From an uncultured delta proteobacterium (lineage in GTDB: Bacteria > Myxococcota_A > Polyangia > Polyangiales > B10-G4), in assembly GCA_963727445.1 (NCBI GenBank), contig CAVSGI010000013.1:352001-416000 (forward strand): 64,000 nucleotides of DNA, in the 5' to 3' direction. The notes below the pieces were generated by a model. It had not been told where the DNA came from, did not search any database, and was given only the letters and a program-made list of their open reading frames with translations. Each line of letters begins with the position of its first letter. The first letter of the stretch is position 1. A program made the position numbers and the translations under genes. This document shows, one piece after another, positions 49,672-59,009 of this stretch.

Positions 49672-50478
49672 TCAGAAGCCTATCACCAATGGCGACTCGG
49701 GCTGGGTACCGCTCGGGCTGGCGTTGCCGATCAGCAGGATGGCGAGCACCACCCCCGCCGCCACCAGGACCCCGGCCCCGATGCCGACCCAGACCCACGG
49801 GCTGATGCCCCCCTCGTCGTCGTCGCTCGCCCGGATCAACGAGCCCCCGCCCAGGGCGGGCTGGCTCCGAAGGGGCTCGTCCCGCGAGCCCTCGCTGGCC
49901 AACACCGCGCCTCCCGGTCCGATCGCTTCCACGTAGTAATCGAGACGCTGACCGGCGGGCGCAGCTTGGGTCCCGCCCCGCCGCCGGTGCCAGGAGCCGC
50001 CCCCGGACCGGGTGAAGACGCGCAGCTCACGCACCAGGTTGCCGTGGTCGTTCGAAGTTTCCGCGTCGATCGACACGCCGCCGGGCACTCCCTCGGTCTC
50101 GGAGCGCACGCCCACGATCCCGTCGACCACCTCGAGGGTCTGGGCGAAGGCCTCACTGAGCTCGGGCGGCGCTTCGCGGCCCCAGCGGTGCTCCGGGTCG
50201 AGGGAGGCGAGCTGGCGCAGGTCCTGCCGGAGCGCCCCGGCGTCGTCCATCGCGAGATGCGCCAGGCTGCGCGCGCCGAGGAGCTCCACCAGGTCCTCGC
50301 GGGTGAGGTCGTCCCGTTCCTCGGCCCGAGCGAAGGCCTCGAGCGCGCGCTCGAACTCCGCCTCCATCAGGAGCTCCTTGCCCTCGTCCACGTCGGGGTG
50401 CGCGAAGGCCACACCCACTGGCCCGACGAGCCAGAGGAACGCGCACCAGAGCGAGAGCGACAGGACCCCGCGCTTCAT
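49672..50478 (-). CDS. Exported TPR-like protein with C-terminal hydrophobic segment
   Basis: Signal peptide; EFERALEAFARA; PWVWVGIGAGV; ends LVIGF. Confidence 0.75.
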   Translation of the reverse strand: MKRGVLSLSLWCAFLWLVGPVGVAFAHPDVDEGKELLMEAEFERALEAFARAEERDDLTREDLVELLGARSLAHLAMDDAGALRQDLRQLASLDPEHRWGREAPPELSEAFAQTLEVVDGIVGVRSETEGVPGGVSIDAETSNDHGNLVRELRVFTRSGGGSWHRRRGGTQAAPAGQRLDYYVEAIGPGGAVLASEGSRDEPLRSQPALGGGSLIRASDDDEGGISPWVWVGIGAGVLVAAGVVLAILLIGNASPSGTQPESPLVIGF

Positions 50479-51821
50479 CGGCAGAAGCCTCCCATGCACG
50501 CGAAGGTGCCGCAGTTCTGGCAGGCGTTGCCGCGGGTTCCACAGACCATGTCGGTATCGCCGGGCTGGCAAGTCGTCCCGTCCCAGCATCCCGCGCAGCA
50601 TATGAGCGCCGCGCCCGACATCTGGCAGCGACCCTGCTGCATGGACGCGCTGGTGCACATGTCGCCTTCGGTGCTCGTCACACATACGCCCGACTCGCAG
50701 CTCTGGCAGGGCAGACATGCGCTGCACATGTCGCCCCCGGTGCCGCAAGCCGTGGCCTGGTCCCCGCTCCGGCAGGCCATCCCGTCCCAGCAGCCGTCAC
50801 AGCAAGCGCCCACACGACAGGTCCCCCCGGTGCAGGGGGTTCCATCGGCGGGGCCGCAGGTGCCGCCCATGCACTCGCCGCATTCGCCGCAGTCGGTGCA
50901 CATGCCGCCGCCCGCGCCGCAAGCGGCCGCCGTGTCCCCGGGCTGGCAGCTCATCCCGTCCGTGCACCCATCGCAACAAACGCCCGAGATGCAGAGGCCA
51001 GCGCCACCGGCGCAGGGGTCGTTGTCCATGGCGGTGGCGGCGCAGGCCCCGTCGGTGCAGGTGCCGCAGCCCGCGCAGCTCAGGCAGCGGTCCCCCGCGC
51101 TGCCGCAGATGCTGTCGACGTCTCCCGTGCGGCAGCTGATTCCATCCCAGCAGCCCACGCAGCAGCTGCCGCCGTAGCACTTGCCGTCGCCGCAGGAGGT
51201 CTCGTCCGCGACGGGCACGCAATCGCCCGCCCGGCAGGTCTGGCACGCGTCACAGGTGACGGAGGCGCAAGCCTCGCACGCCGCGTCGGAGGCGCAGGCG
51301 GAGTCGTCACAGTCGACGCTCCCGTTGCAGTCGTCGTCGATGCCGTCGTCGCAGACGGTCTCCGTCGCCCGACAGGTGTCGACCATGCCGCCGTCGACGG
51401 GCATGTCGCGACAGCGGCCCCCTTCGCAGAAGGTCCTCGAACAGGCGGGAACCTCCATGCTGCGCGCGGAGAGGGTCACCACCACCGGCCCCACCTCGGG
51501 AAGCTCGACGATGGTGCATCCCTCGGCGAAGAGGGTGCAGCTCTCGTCGCGGGCGTGCCCCGCGAAGCCCCAGGTTCCGTCAGCGAGGACCGGCACATCC
51601 GCAGCGGAGAGCTCTCCCATCACCACCTCGGTGGAGAAGCGCTCCTCGCCGTCGCATCCCCCTTCGAGGATGACGGCCTCGACCACCGTCGCTCGCGACA
51701 AGAGCGCGGGTTGATCGAACTCGATCTCCCACCCGAGCGGGCGCGGGTCCCCTTTGCAGCCCGAGAGGAGAGCCAGCAGAGAGACGAGGGAAGCGATCTT
51801 CAGGCGAAGCATGCGCGACAA
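50475..51821 (-). CDS. Cys-rich repeat lipoprotein
   Basis: Lipobox LLSGC; CDDGIDDDCNG; four CCxGCxDGxxC..G...CG..G..C..C repeats. Confidence 0.85.
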   Translation of the reverse strand: MSRMLRLKIASLVSLLALLSGCKGDPRPLGWEIEFDQPALLSRATVVEAVILEGGCDGEERFSTEVVMGELSAADVPVLADGTWGFAGHARDESCTLFAEGCTIVELPEVGPVVVTLSARSMEVPACSRTFCEGGRCRDMPVDGGMVDTCRATETVCDDGIDDDCNGSVDCDDSACASDAACEACASVTCDACQTCRAGDCVPVADETSCGDGKCYGGSCCVGCWDGISCRTGDVDSICGSAGDRCLSCAGCGTCTDGACAATAMDNDPCAGGAGLCISGVCCDGCTDGMSCQPGDTAAACGAGGGMCTDCGECGECMGGTCGPADGTPCTGGTCRVGACCDGCWDGMACRSGDQATACGTGGDMCSACLPCQSCESGVCVTSTEGDMCTSASMQQGRCQMSGAALICCAGCWDGTTCQPGDTDMVCGTRGNACQNCGTFACMGGFCR

Positions 51822-51880
51822 ACCGCGCGATTATAGCGCCCGTACCACGATCTCCGCCAATCCTCGGGAGGGCCCGAGGC

Positions 51881-52246
51881 TCACATGCAGGGAGCGCCGC
51901 CGAGGGCGGCCGGGCAGTTCGTCGCGTCGGTCGCGGCGAGGTCGCAGAAGGCCTGACGGCATTCGAGGAAGTTGCCGCTCATGGTGTCCATCCCGGCGGT
52001 GGGCAGGGACTCTGCGTCGGCCTCGCAGGCGGGGATCGCCACCTCGTCCCCTTCACCGTATTGCGCGTGATAGGGCTCGTGGCAGTTGATCAGGAGACAG
52101 TTGCAGAGCTCCTGGGGCGGGGTGAGGCCTCCGTCGCCCGCCGCATCGGCCGCGGCGTCCGCCGTGCCGCCACCGTCGGTGGCCGCGCTGTCGTCGCTGC
52201 TGCACGCTGCCATCAGCAACGCCAGAGTCACCATCATCCATCTCAT
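51881..52246 (-). CDS. Small Cys-rich lipoprotein
   Basis: Lipobox LMAAC; ATGA overlap with the cytochrome gene. Confidence 0.8.
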   Translation of the reverse strand: MRWMMVTLALLMAACSSDDSAATDGGGTADAAADAAGDGGLTPPQELCNCLLINCHEPYHAQYGEGDEVAIPACEADAESLPTAGMDTMSGNFLECRQAFCDLAATDATNCPAALGGAPCM

Positions 52247-53088
52247 TGACACCCCGCTTCGTATTCGATCCACGCCAGGAACGCGAGATAGGCGGGATCC
52301 ATCTTGTTGTCGAACTTGTCGTGACCGCCGTGGACGACGCCGCCGAGGTCTTCGGAGAGCGGCTTGAGGAGAAGGAGGCTCGACTCCGGATCGTCGAAGT
52401 CGACCACGCCCAGCTCGAGGAGGTTGCTCCGCGAGATGACGGCGCCGGGGCCGCAGGCGTCGCTACCGTCGATCCAGCGTGGCGCCTCGGCGGGTCCATA
52501 GGTGCTGCCGATGAAGTGGCAGGGGAAGCAGCGACCGCGGAACGGGTAGATCGTGTAGAGGAACGTCTCTTCGCGCGTGGTGGGCGAGCAGTCGGTGGGA
52601 TCGATCTCGAAGGTCGGGGCGTCGGTGCCATCACCGCGGATGTCGCACTGATTGCCGGGCTCGGCCGGACCGCAGTCGACGTCGCTGCAAGCGTCGAGGC
52701 CGCCGCAATCCGCGGTGTGGACGATCCACTCGCGGAAGGCCTCGTGTTCGGCCGAGATCACGTCGGCGGTGATCAGGTTACTGTCGGGCATCGCCCGGTC
52801 GATCCAGGTGAGGATCAAGCTGTCGTCCGGGGAGTCGAGATCGACGACCTCGAGCTCGACCATGCACGCCATCGTCTCGCAGGGCGTGTCGCGCACGAAG
52901 AGGCTCAGGTCGACGCCGGAGAGGTGGCACTGGTTGCAGGTGCTCGGCCGGTCGTCGACCAGGATCGGGGCGATGCGCTCCTCGAAGAGCTGGGTGTTGT
53001 CCTCGGCGCAGATGCCGCCCGGACCGTCGTCCTGTCCGCACGCAGCCAGGGTCAGGGCCGCGAGCCAGAGCCAAGGAAAGAAGCGCAT
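52243..53088 (-). CDS. Dihaem c-type cytochrome lipoprotein
   Basis: Lipobox LAAC; CNQCH and CFPCH in two homologous halves (VVDxDxPxxSLxL). Confidence 0.8.
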   Translation of the reverse strand: MRFFPWLWLAALTLAACGQDDGPGGICAEDNTQLFEERIAPILVDDRPSTCNQCHLSGVDLSLFVRDTPCETMACMVELEVVDLDSPDDSLILTWIDRAMPDSNLITADVISAEHEAFREWIVHTADCGGLDACSDVDCGPAEPGNQCDIRGDGTDAPTFEIDPTDCSPTTREETFLYTIYPFRGRCFPCHFIGSTYGPAEAPRWIDGSDACGPGAVISRSNLLELGVVDFDDPESSLLLLKPLSEDLGGVVHGGHDKFDNKMDPAYLAFLAWIEYEAGCQ

Positions 53089-53221
53089 CTCTTCGAAGTG
53101 TACGACTCAGGGCGCCGATCGGATTGGCCGGTGGCTAAAGACCCTGCCAAACCGGTCACGGTGGCGCCCTGAGTTGACAGTCTCTACCCCTAAAAACCAA
53201 GGAGTTCCGAGCAAGGTGCAG

Positions 53222-53237
53222 AGGCACGGGAAGTGCT
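53222..53237 (+). promoter_or_regulatory. sigma54 (-24/-12) promoter
   Basis: AGGCACGGGAAGTGCT, GG-N10-GC, 13 nt before ATG 53251. Confidence 0.6.
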
Positions 53238-53250
53238 TAATGGTAGAGAC

Positions 53251-53419
53251 ATGCTGCCGCCATTCATCATCGAGCAACTCCGAGAGCGTGAGGAGCAGGC
53301 CCGACGTGAGGCCGAGCGGGAGCAGCCCCGATTGGAGCTGCCCGTTCCTCCGGTGGTTCGGCGTCCCGCCGCCGACGACGAAGAAGGTCGTGGGGTGACC
53401 GAGATTCAGAATCTGGTGA
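53251..53419 (+). CDS. Small charged protein (MLPPFIIEQLREREE...RGVTEIQ); fused to the next gene as sequenced
   Basis: Resembles a small-protein type seen in myxobacteria (recalled, not searched); removing one A at 53410-53411 gives EIQIW-stop with a GTGA overlap. Confidence 0.55.
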
Positions 53420-54948
53420 CCAGGGACCGAGGGCGCGCCGCCGTCCTCATCCTGTCGATCCTCGGGCTCGCCGCTCTCGGCTATCTCTGGATCGGCGACG
53501 CCCCACGCGGGGCCGGGAGCGAGACTCCAAACGAAAGCATTCGCGAGGCGCCCGCCGCACCCATCGAGGTCGCGCGGGCGCCACGCTTTTCGGTCGATGA
53601 AGAAGCTGAGGCGCCCGCCGCGCCGCCCGCGCCGCCGCCGCCCGATGGCGAAGAGCACGCGGCCATGGCGGACCCGGGGTTCTGCCCGGAGCCGGGCGAG
53701 TCGCTGCCCCCCTATGCGCGCCCGAGCCTCGCGCAGCTCTTGAACGATCGCACGGACGAGCTGGTGGCGCGGGCGCGTCTCGTCTCCGGCGAGCAGGGGA
53801 GCGAAGCGCTCCGGCGCGGGCTCGCGCTCCTGAACGATCCCAGCCGCGGTGCCGACGCGATCGCGACCCTCGCGAACGCACCCGATCGCCGCGACGGCGC
53901 CTTCGACTTCGCCGCAGCGGCCGCCGTGGCGGCCGGCGCCCGCGCCCTCGCCGAGCATCGCGATCGCGACGTGACGGAGATCGTGGACGCCGCGCTTCGC
54001 GCGTCCGGGCGCGATCCCATCGTGCACGTCCTCGCCGCCCACGTGGCGTTCTACAGGCACGCGCTCGTCGAGGCGCGCGAGGCGCTCGAGGCGGCCTTCG
54101 CGCTCGACCCGGAGGAGCCCACCGTCGCCCTGCCCCTGGGCCGCCTCGCCTCGAACACCCCGGACGAAGCGCTCGCGCTCCGCGCGCTTCGCGTGTACCT
54201 CGACGCCTACCCGGACGACGTGGAGATGGCGCGCCTCGCCGCGCGCGTGGAGCTGCGACGCGACCTCGCGCGCGACTACCAGAGCCTCTCGCGCGGCGGC
54301 CTCACGCTGCGCTACGCCCCGTCGGTCTCCCCCGACGACGCGCGCGCGACCCTCGATCTCGCGGACGGCGTGTTGTCGGAGGCGGCGCGCCTGCTCGGCG
54401 TGAGCCCGCGCGAGGAGCTCTCGATCGTCGTGTACGAGAGCCGATCCGAGCTCCGCGCCGTGACCTGCATCCCCGGCTGGGCCGGAGGCGTCTACGACGG
54501 CTCGCTCCGGCTCTCGGGCCCCACGGTGCACGACCCGACCGAACGCACGCGCGTCGTACGCCACGAAGGGCTTCACGCCGCGCTCTCCGATGCGGTGGGG
54601 CCCGCGCCCTACTGGTTCAACGAGGGTCTGGCCCAGCGCTTCGCCCACGAGCACTCGCGCGCGCACGAGGCCAGTTGGGCGCGGATGCGCGCGAGCGGGC
54701 TGGTGATCCCCTTCCCCTCTCTCGATGGAAGCTTCCTCGACATCGACGACTCGGACGACGCGCAGCTCGCCTATCACCAGAGCCTGGCGATGGTGGATCT
54801 GTTGGCCGCGCGCCGCGGCGAGCGCGTCTTCGCGGACGCCGTCGGCTACCTGAAGGAGGGCGGCGATCGCGCCGAGCTCTTCTCTTTCCTCGCCGGGCCG
54901 CGACCCGTGACGAGCGCGGATCTCGTCGAGTTCCTCCGCGCGGAGTAG
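53416..54948 (+). CDS. Membrane-anchored TPR / peptidase MA-like zinc metalloprotease
   Basis: N-terminal TM; WAGGVYDG, RHEGLH (HExxH), PYWFNEGLA. Confidence 0.85.
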   Translation: MTRDRGRAAVLILSILGLAALGYLWIGDAPRGAGSETPNESIREAPAAPIEVARAPRFSVDEEAEAPAAPPAPPPPDGEEHAAMADPGFCPEPGESLPPYARPSLAQLLNDRTDELVARARLVSGEQGSEALRRGLALLNDPSRGADAIATLANAPDRRDGAFDFAAAAAVAAGARALAEHRDRDVTEIVDAALRASGRDPIVHVLAAHVAFYRHALVEAREALEAAFALDPEEPTVALPLGRLASNTPDEALALRALRVYLDAYPDDVEMARLAARVELRRDLARDYQSLSRGGLTLRYAPSVSPDDARATLDLADGVLSEAARLLGVSPREELSIVVYESRSELRAVTCIPGWAGGVYDGSLRLSGPTVHDPTERTRVVRHEGLHAALSDAVGPAPYWFNEGLAQRFAHEHSRAHEASWARMRASGLVIPFPSLDGSFLDIDDSDDAQLAYHQSLAMVDLLAARRGERVFADAVGYLKEGGDRAELFSFLAGPRPVTSADLVEFLRAE

Positions 54949-54957
54949 CATGCCCGC

Positions 54958-56509
54958 GTGGCGAGAGAGCTCGCGGTGCTGGCCTTCGTGGCGTTGGGCG
55001 TGTTTTCGAACACGCGAACGGTGCATGCGGAGCAGGGTGCGCCACGACAGGCGATCGTGGTCGTGCCGCCCGCGCTCGCGGATGGTGCACGAGAGGAGCT
55101 GGACGGTATCGCCAACGTGACGGTGCGCGTGCTGGCGGAGCCGACGGGGGAACCCTCGAGCCGTGAGATTGTCGAAGCGGCGCGCACTTCCTACACGGCG
55201 ATGGATTTCGACGCGGCGCTCACCGCCGCGCGCCAGGCGGTGGTGGCGCTCGAGGAGCGCGCGACCAGCCGAGCGGACTTCGCGCGCCTCGCCGATGCGT
55301 GGCTCCTGCAGGGGATGGCGGAGCTCGCCCTCGGCGACCGCAACAAGGCGACGAACGCCTTCCGGCAGGCGGTCATCATTCTTCCCGCGCGCGAGCTCCA
55401 GGAGGGCCAGTACCCGCCGCCGGTGCGCGCGCTCTACGCGGAGGTGCGGAGGGCGATTCAGAACGAGGAGCCGGCCTCGCTCACCGTCACCCCGACTCCC
55501 GCGCACGCGCGCCTCTTCCTCGACGGTGTGGAAGTCGGTCTCGGGCCAACGACATTGCGCGGGACGGCGGGGAGACATCAGCTCCGCCTCGAGGCGCTGG
55601 GCTTTTCCACGCGGCGCTCGATGGTCACGCTCGAGGCGAGCGGCGCCGAGCCTGTCGCCATCGAGCTCCCCGGCGCATCGGCGGAGGAGGCGCTCCGGCA
55701 GCTCGGCGCGCTCGACCACCAGGTCGACGCCGCGATGGCGCAGCAGTTGATGACGAGAATCGGCGCCGATCTCCGCCATCGCCATCCGCCCCGCCGCGAA
55801 CGGCTCGGTCTCCTACGTCGCCGCTGACGTCCTGGGCTCGCATCGGGGGCGGGCTCCGTCGGCCAGGGCTGCGCTCTTCAGCATCGCCCCCGAATTCGAT
55901 CCGGACGGCGAAGGCGACGACGCGGGATTGCCGGTGGCGAACACCACCGGCGAGACCAGCGAGCACCTTCACCAGGGCCTCTACCTGCGCCTGTGGGCGG
56001 GACCGGCGCTTCGCGGGGACACGGCGACGCTCGGCGCGGTCACGGCGGACACCGCGGTGCCGGCCGGAGACGTCGAGGTCGGCGGCGGGGGCGCGATCAT
56101 GGACGGCCTGATCGTCGGTGGCTCCTTCTTCTTCTCGATCGGGGGAGACACGCTGAACGTGAAGTGCCCCTCCACCGTAACGGACCCCGGTTGCAACACG
56201 GCGACGCCGCGCTCGCGTTTCGTGGCGGCGCTGAAGATCTGGGCCGATTGGTATCCCTTCGGCTCGGGCTTCCACTTCGGCGGCGGCGTGGGCCTGATGC
56301 GCGCGGCGATGCAGGGCGGCTTCGCGCTCCTCCCGGAGACCACCGTGATCGGCGCCATGGTCGACCTCTACGCGGGCTACGACTTCTGGGTCACGGATTG
56401 GTCGACGCTCGGCGCGGCGCTCAGGATCGCGGGCTGGCGAGGGCAGAAGGAGGAGGTGATCCTCTCGGGAGGCGCGCTGTCGCTCCTGATCACCTTCGCC
56501 TACGACTGA
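54958..56509 (+). CDS. TPR-PEGA protein with C-terminal beta-barrel-like domain, frameshift near 55772
   Basis: PAHARLFLDGVEVGLGP (PEGA); second frame GLYLRLWAG...DWYPF...GYDFWV...LITFAYD. Confidence 0.7.
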
Positions 56510-56573
56510 TCCCACCGGTCGTCCGGTAACCGTCGCTTCCACCCCCGACGGCCGACGTGTACGTTGCGCCGTC

Positions 56574-57845
56574 ATGGGGAAGACGACGAACGCCATCGCC
56601 GCGGCGCTCTGCGCCGCGGTCTTTCTGCATCCGTCACCGACCGATGCCTGCATCCACGCCGCGGGCTCGGGCGGCGAGCCGGTGGAGATCTCCCAGAAGG
56701 GTCAGCAGGGCCTGTTGATCTGGCACGACGGCAAGGAAGAGCTCGTGCTGAAGATCGAGTACGAGAGTGGTGCCGATGTGTCGGCGCTGGGTCTGGTGGT
56801 TCCGGTGCCGGCCGTACCCGAGGCTTATGACACGGCGGACGCCGGGCTCTTCGACGCCCTGCATTCGTGGGTGCGCATCGCACGACAGCAGCCGTCGCTG
56901 CGGAGCGCGAGGGCGCGGGGGATCAACGGGCACGGGTCCTCCGGTCCGCCGCTGGTCGCCCTGCCGCCAGCGGAGGCCGGCCCCTATCGCATCCAGCCGC
57001 TTCAGGCCTTCGGCGAGGAAGGCATCGCCGCGCTCACCACCTGGATGGAGGAGAACGACTTCGCGCCGATCCCGCCGGCGGTGCTCACGTACTTCACCGA
57101 GCGCCACTGGACGTTCCTCACCGTGAAGATCGACCCGGCGGAGGGGGAGAGCCTCGCACGCGAGGGGGGCCTGCCGCCGCTCCGCGTTCGCCTCGCATCG
57201 GAGCGCGCCATCTATCCACTCAAGCTCGAGGCGCAGGGTGTCTTTCCGATGCGCCTCTACCTGGTCACCAAGGACCCGCTCCCCGACCAGGCCTTCCAAG
57301 GTGCGGTGGAGCGCGGCTTCGAGGTCGCGGAGGCTGGCGACATGCCAGCCCTCGGCCAGCACGGGGCCCCTTTGAGGTCGCGCGTGGGCCGCTTCTCGGC
57401 GTCGAGCGCGCCCCCCGCTCTGCGCTCCATCCTGGAAGACGTCGATGGGCTGGGCGAGGGCGAGCTCACCCTGCGCGTCCTCTACAACGAGCACTTCGGC
57501 CGGGGCGCGGGCGCCTCTCTGGGCTGGGCGGAGGACCTCTCGATCCCGGGTGCGGCGGAAGGCGAGCGGCTGATGGGGACGGCGGGTCAGGCGGCGCAAC
57601 CCTCGGCGGAGGCGGACACGGTTCCTGCGAACCACGTCGACGAACCACGAGCCGGCGCAGGGCCAGGGCCGAATACCCCGCGAGAGGGGTCCCCGCCGAC
57701 TGCGTCCGCGGCTTCGGAGACGGAGACCGAGGACGACGACTCCGGCCTCTGCAGCGCCTCCGCAAGCGCCCCGCCGCCCGCTTTCGCGATCCTCGTCGGT
57801 GTCGCGCTCCTGGCCGCGCGGAGGAGGCGCTCAGCTCACGGCTGA
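56574..57845 (+). CDS. DUF2330 domain protein with MYXO-CTERM-like sorting signal
   Basis: LGLVVPVPAVP, LTTWMEENDF, IYPLKL; ends GLCSAS...AILVGVALLAARRRRS. Confidence 0.82.
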   Translation: MGKTTNAIAAALCAAVFLHPSPTDACIHAAGSGGEPVEISQKGQQGLLIWHDGKEELVLKIEYESGADVSALGLVVPVPAVPEAYDTADAGLFDALHSWVRIARQQPSLRSARARGINGHGSSGPPLVALPPAEAGPYRIQPLQAFGEEGIAALTTWMEENDFAPIPPAVLTYFTERHWTFLTVKIDPAEGESLAREGGLPPLRVRLASERAIYPLKLEAQGVFPMRLYLVTKDPLPDQAFQGAVERGFEVAEAGDMPALGQHGAPLRSRVGRFSASSAPPALRSILEDVDGLGEGELTLRVLYNEHFGRGAGASLGWAEDLSIPGAAEGERLMGTAGQAAQPSAEADTVPANHVDEPRAGAGPGPNTPREGSPPTASAASETETEDDDSGLCSASASAPPPAFAILVGVALLAARRRRSAHG

Positions 57846-58916
57846 GAGCGCGCGGGTCCGGGCGCTCACCAGGGAACGCAGCTCCAGGTCGTCGTCGCCG
57901 GTGAGCTCGCTGAGGATGCGGATCGCCTCGTCGTAGGCGGGCTCCGCGTCGGCGACGCGACCGGCGGCGACCAGCGTGTCGGCCAGACGGCCGAGCACGC
58001 CGGAGAGGTAGGGGTCTTCGGAGTCGAGGGTGCGCTCGACGAGGGCCACCGCTTCCTCGCGCGCTTCGATCGCGCCTTCGAGGTCCTGATCCTTCTGCCG
58101 AAGGTCAGCGAGGCGCTCCACCAGCACCGAGGTGCTCATCGCCGGCGCGCCGAAGGAACGACCCATCCCGATCGCTTCTTCGATCTCGCGGATCGCCGCG
58201 TCCATCGCGCCAGCATCCTCGGCGAGCCCCGCGAGGAGCGCGCGCACCTCCATCACCTGACGATGCGCGCCGGGCAGGAGCGCTTCGGCCGCGGCGAGGA
58301 AGCTTCGTGCGCTCGTCTCGACCATGCCTCGCTCCATGGAGGCGGCGGCGATGCGGAAGAGCTGCTCGCGATCCCAGCGCAGCTTCTCCTCGGCCTCGGC
58401 CGTGCCCTCGAGCTGCGGCCACATGAGCCGTCGTCGCTCCGCGTCGCTCACCACACGCACCAGCAGACGCACGCCCTGCTGCGCCGGGCGCACCAACACC
58501 AGGAACTGCCGCGGCCGATCGTCCATCCCGAGCTGGATGAAGAGCTGGCCCACCGCCGCGCCGCCGTCGTGCGGGGAGAGCATCGACATCACCTTGAGCC
58601 TGCGCACCACGTCCGCCATCAGCTCGGGCGCGAGCTCCAACTCGTCGTGCCACTGCCCGTCGATCCGGAAGCGCACCGGCCGCGCGATCTCCGGCGGCTC
58701 GACGTGGATCATCGACGCGTTCTTGGCGAGGGCGTTGATCAAGAGCGCGTTCGCGAGGCGGACCGTGGGCGCGCTCGCCCCCGAAGGGAGCGGTTCGTCG
58801 AGGCCGAGCTCCTCGGCGTCGTCTTCGAAGAGCGACGCGTAGTCGATGATCTCGGGCCCGGACCTGGCAGGCGTCCGATATCCCAGAGCCACGTCGTCCT
58901 TTGGTCCGCTCCGCAC
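57831..58916 (-). CDS. GspE/PilB N-terminal (N2-like) domain fused to TPR repeats, no ATPase domain
   Basis: ASMIHVEP...VRFRIDG...RRLKVMS; then LGRLADTLVAAGRVADAEPAYDEAI. Confidence 0.75.
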   Translation of the reverse strand: MRSGPKDDVALGYRTPARSGPEIIDYASLFEDDAEELGLDEPLPSGASAPTVRLANALLINALAKNASMIHVEPPEIARPVRFRIDGQWHDELELAPELMADVVRRLKVMSMLSPHDGGAAVGQLFIQLGMDDRPRQFLVLVRPAQQGVRLLVRVVSDAERRRLMWPQLEGTAEAEEKLRWDREQLFRIAAASMERGMVETSARSFLAAAEALLPGAHRQVMEVRALLAGLAEDAGAMDAAIREIEEAIGMGRSFGAPAMSTSVLVERLADLRQKDQDLEGAIEAREEAVALVERTLDSEDPYLSGVLGRLADTLVAAGRVADAEPAYDEAIRILSELTGDDDLELRSLVSARTRALSAVS

Positions 58917-59009
58917 TTGTGGTGCAGCATAGCCCTTTGTGACAGGCGCGCGGCAGCGTCCTGAGATGACGCCTCTTTTCCCCGTGATCTCGTGCCCGGT
59001 ACATGGCGT

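Noticed and set aside
53233..54948. 571-aa fusion of the small MLPPFIIE protein with the peptidase as a novel architecture
   Set aside because: Deleting one A at 53410-53411 gives a clean stop overlapping the GTG start; probably an indel artefact.
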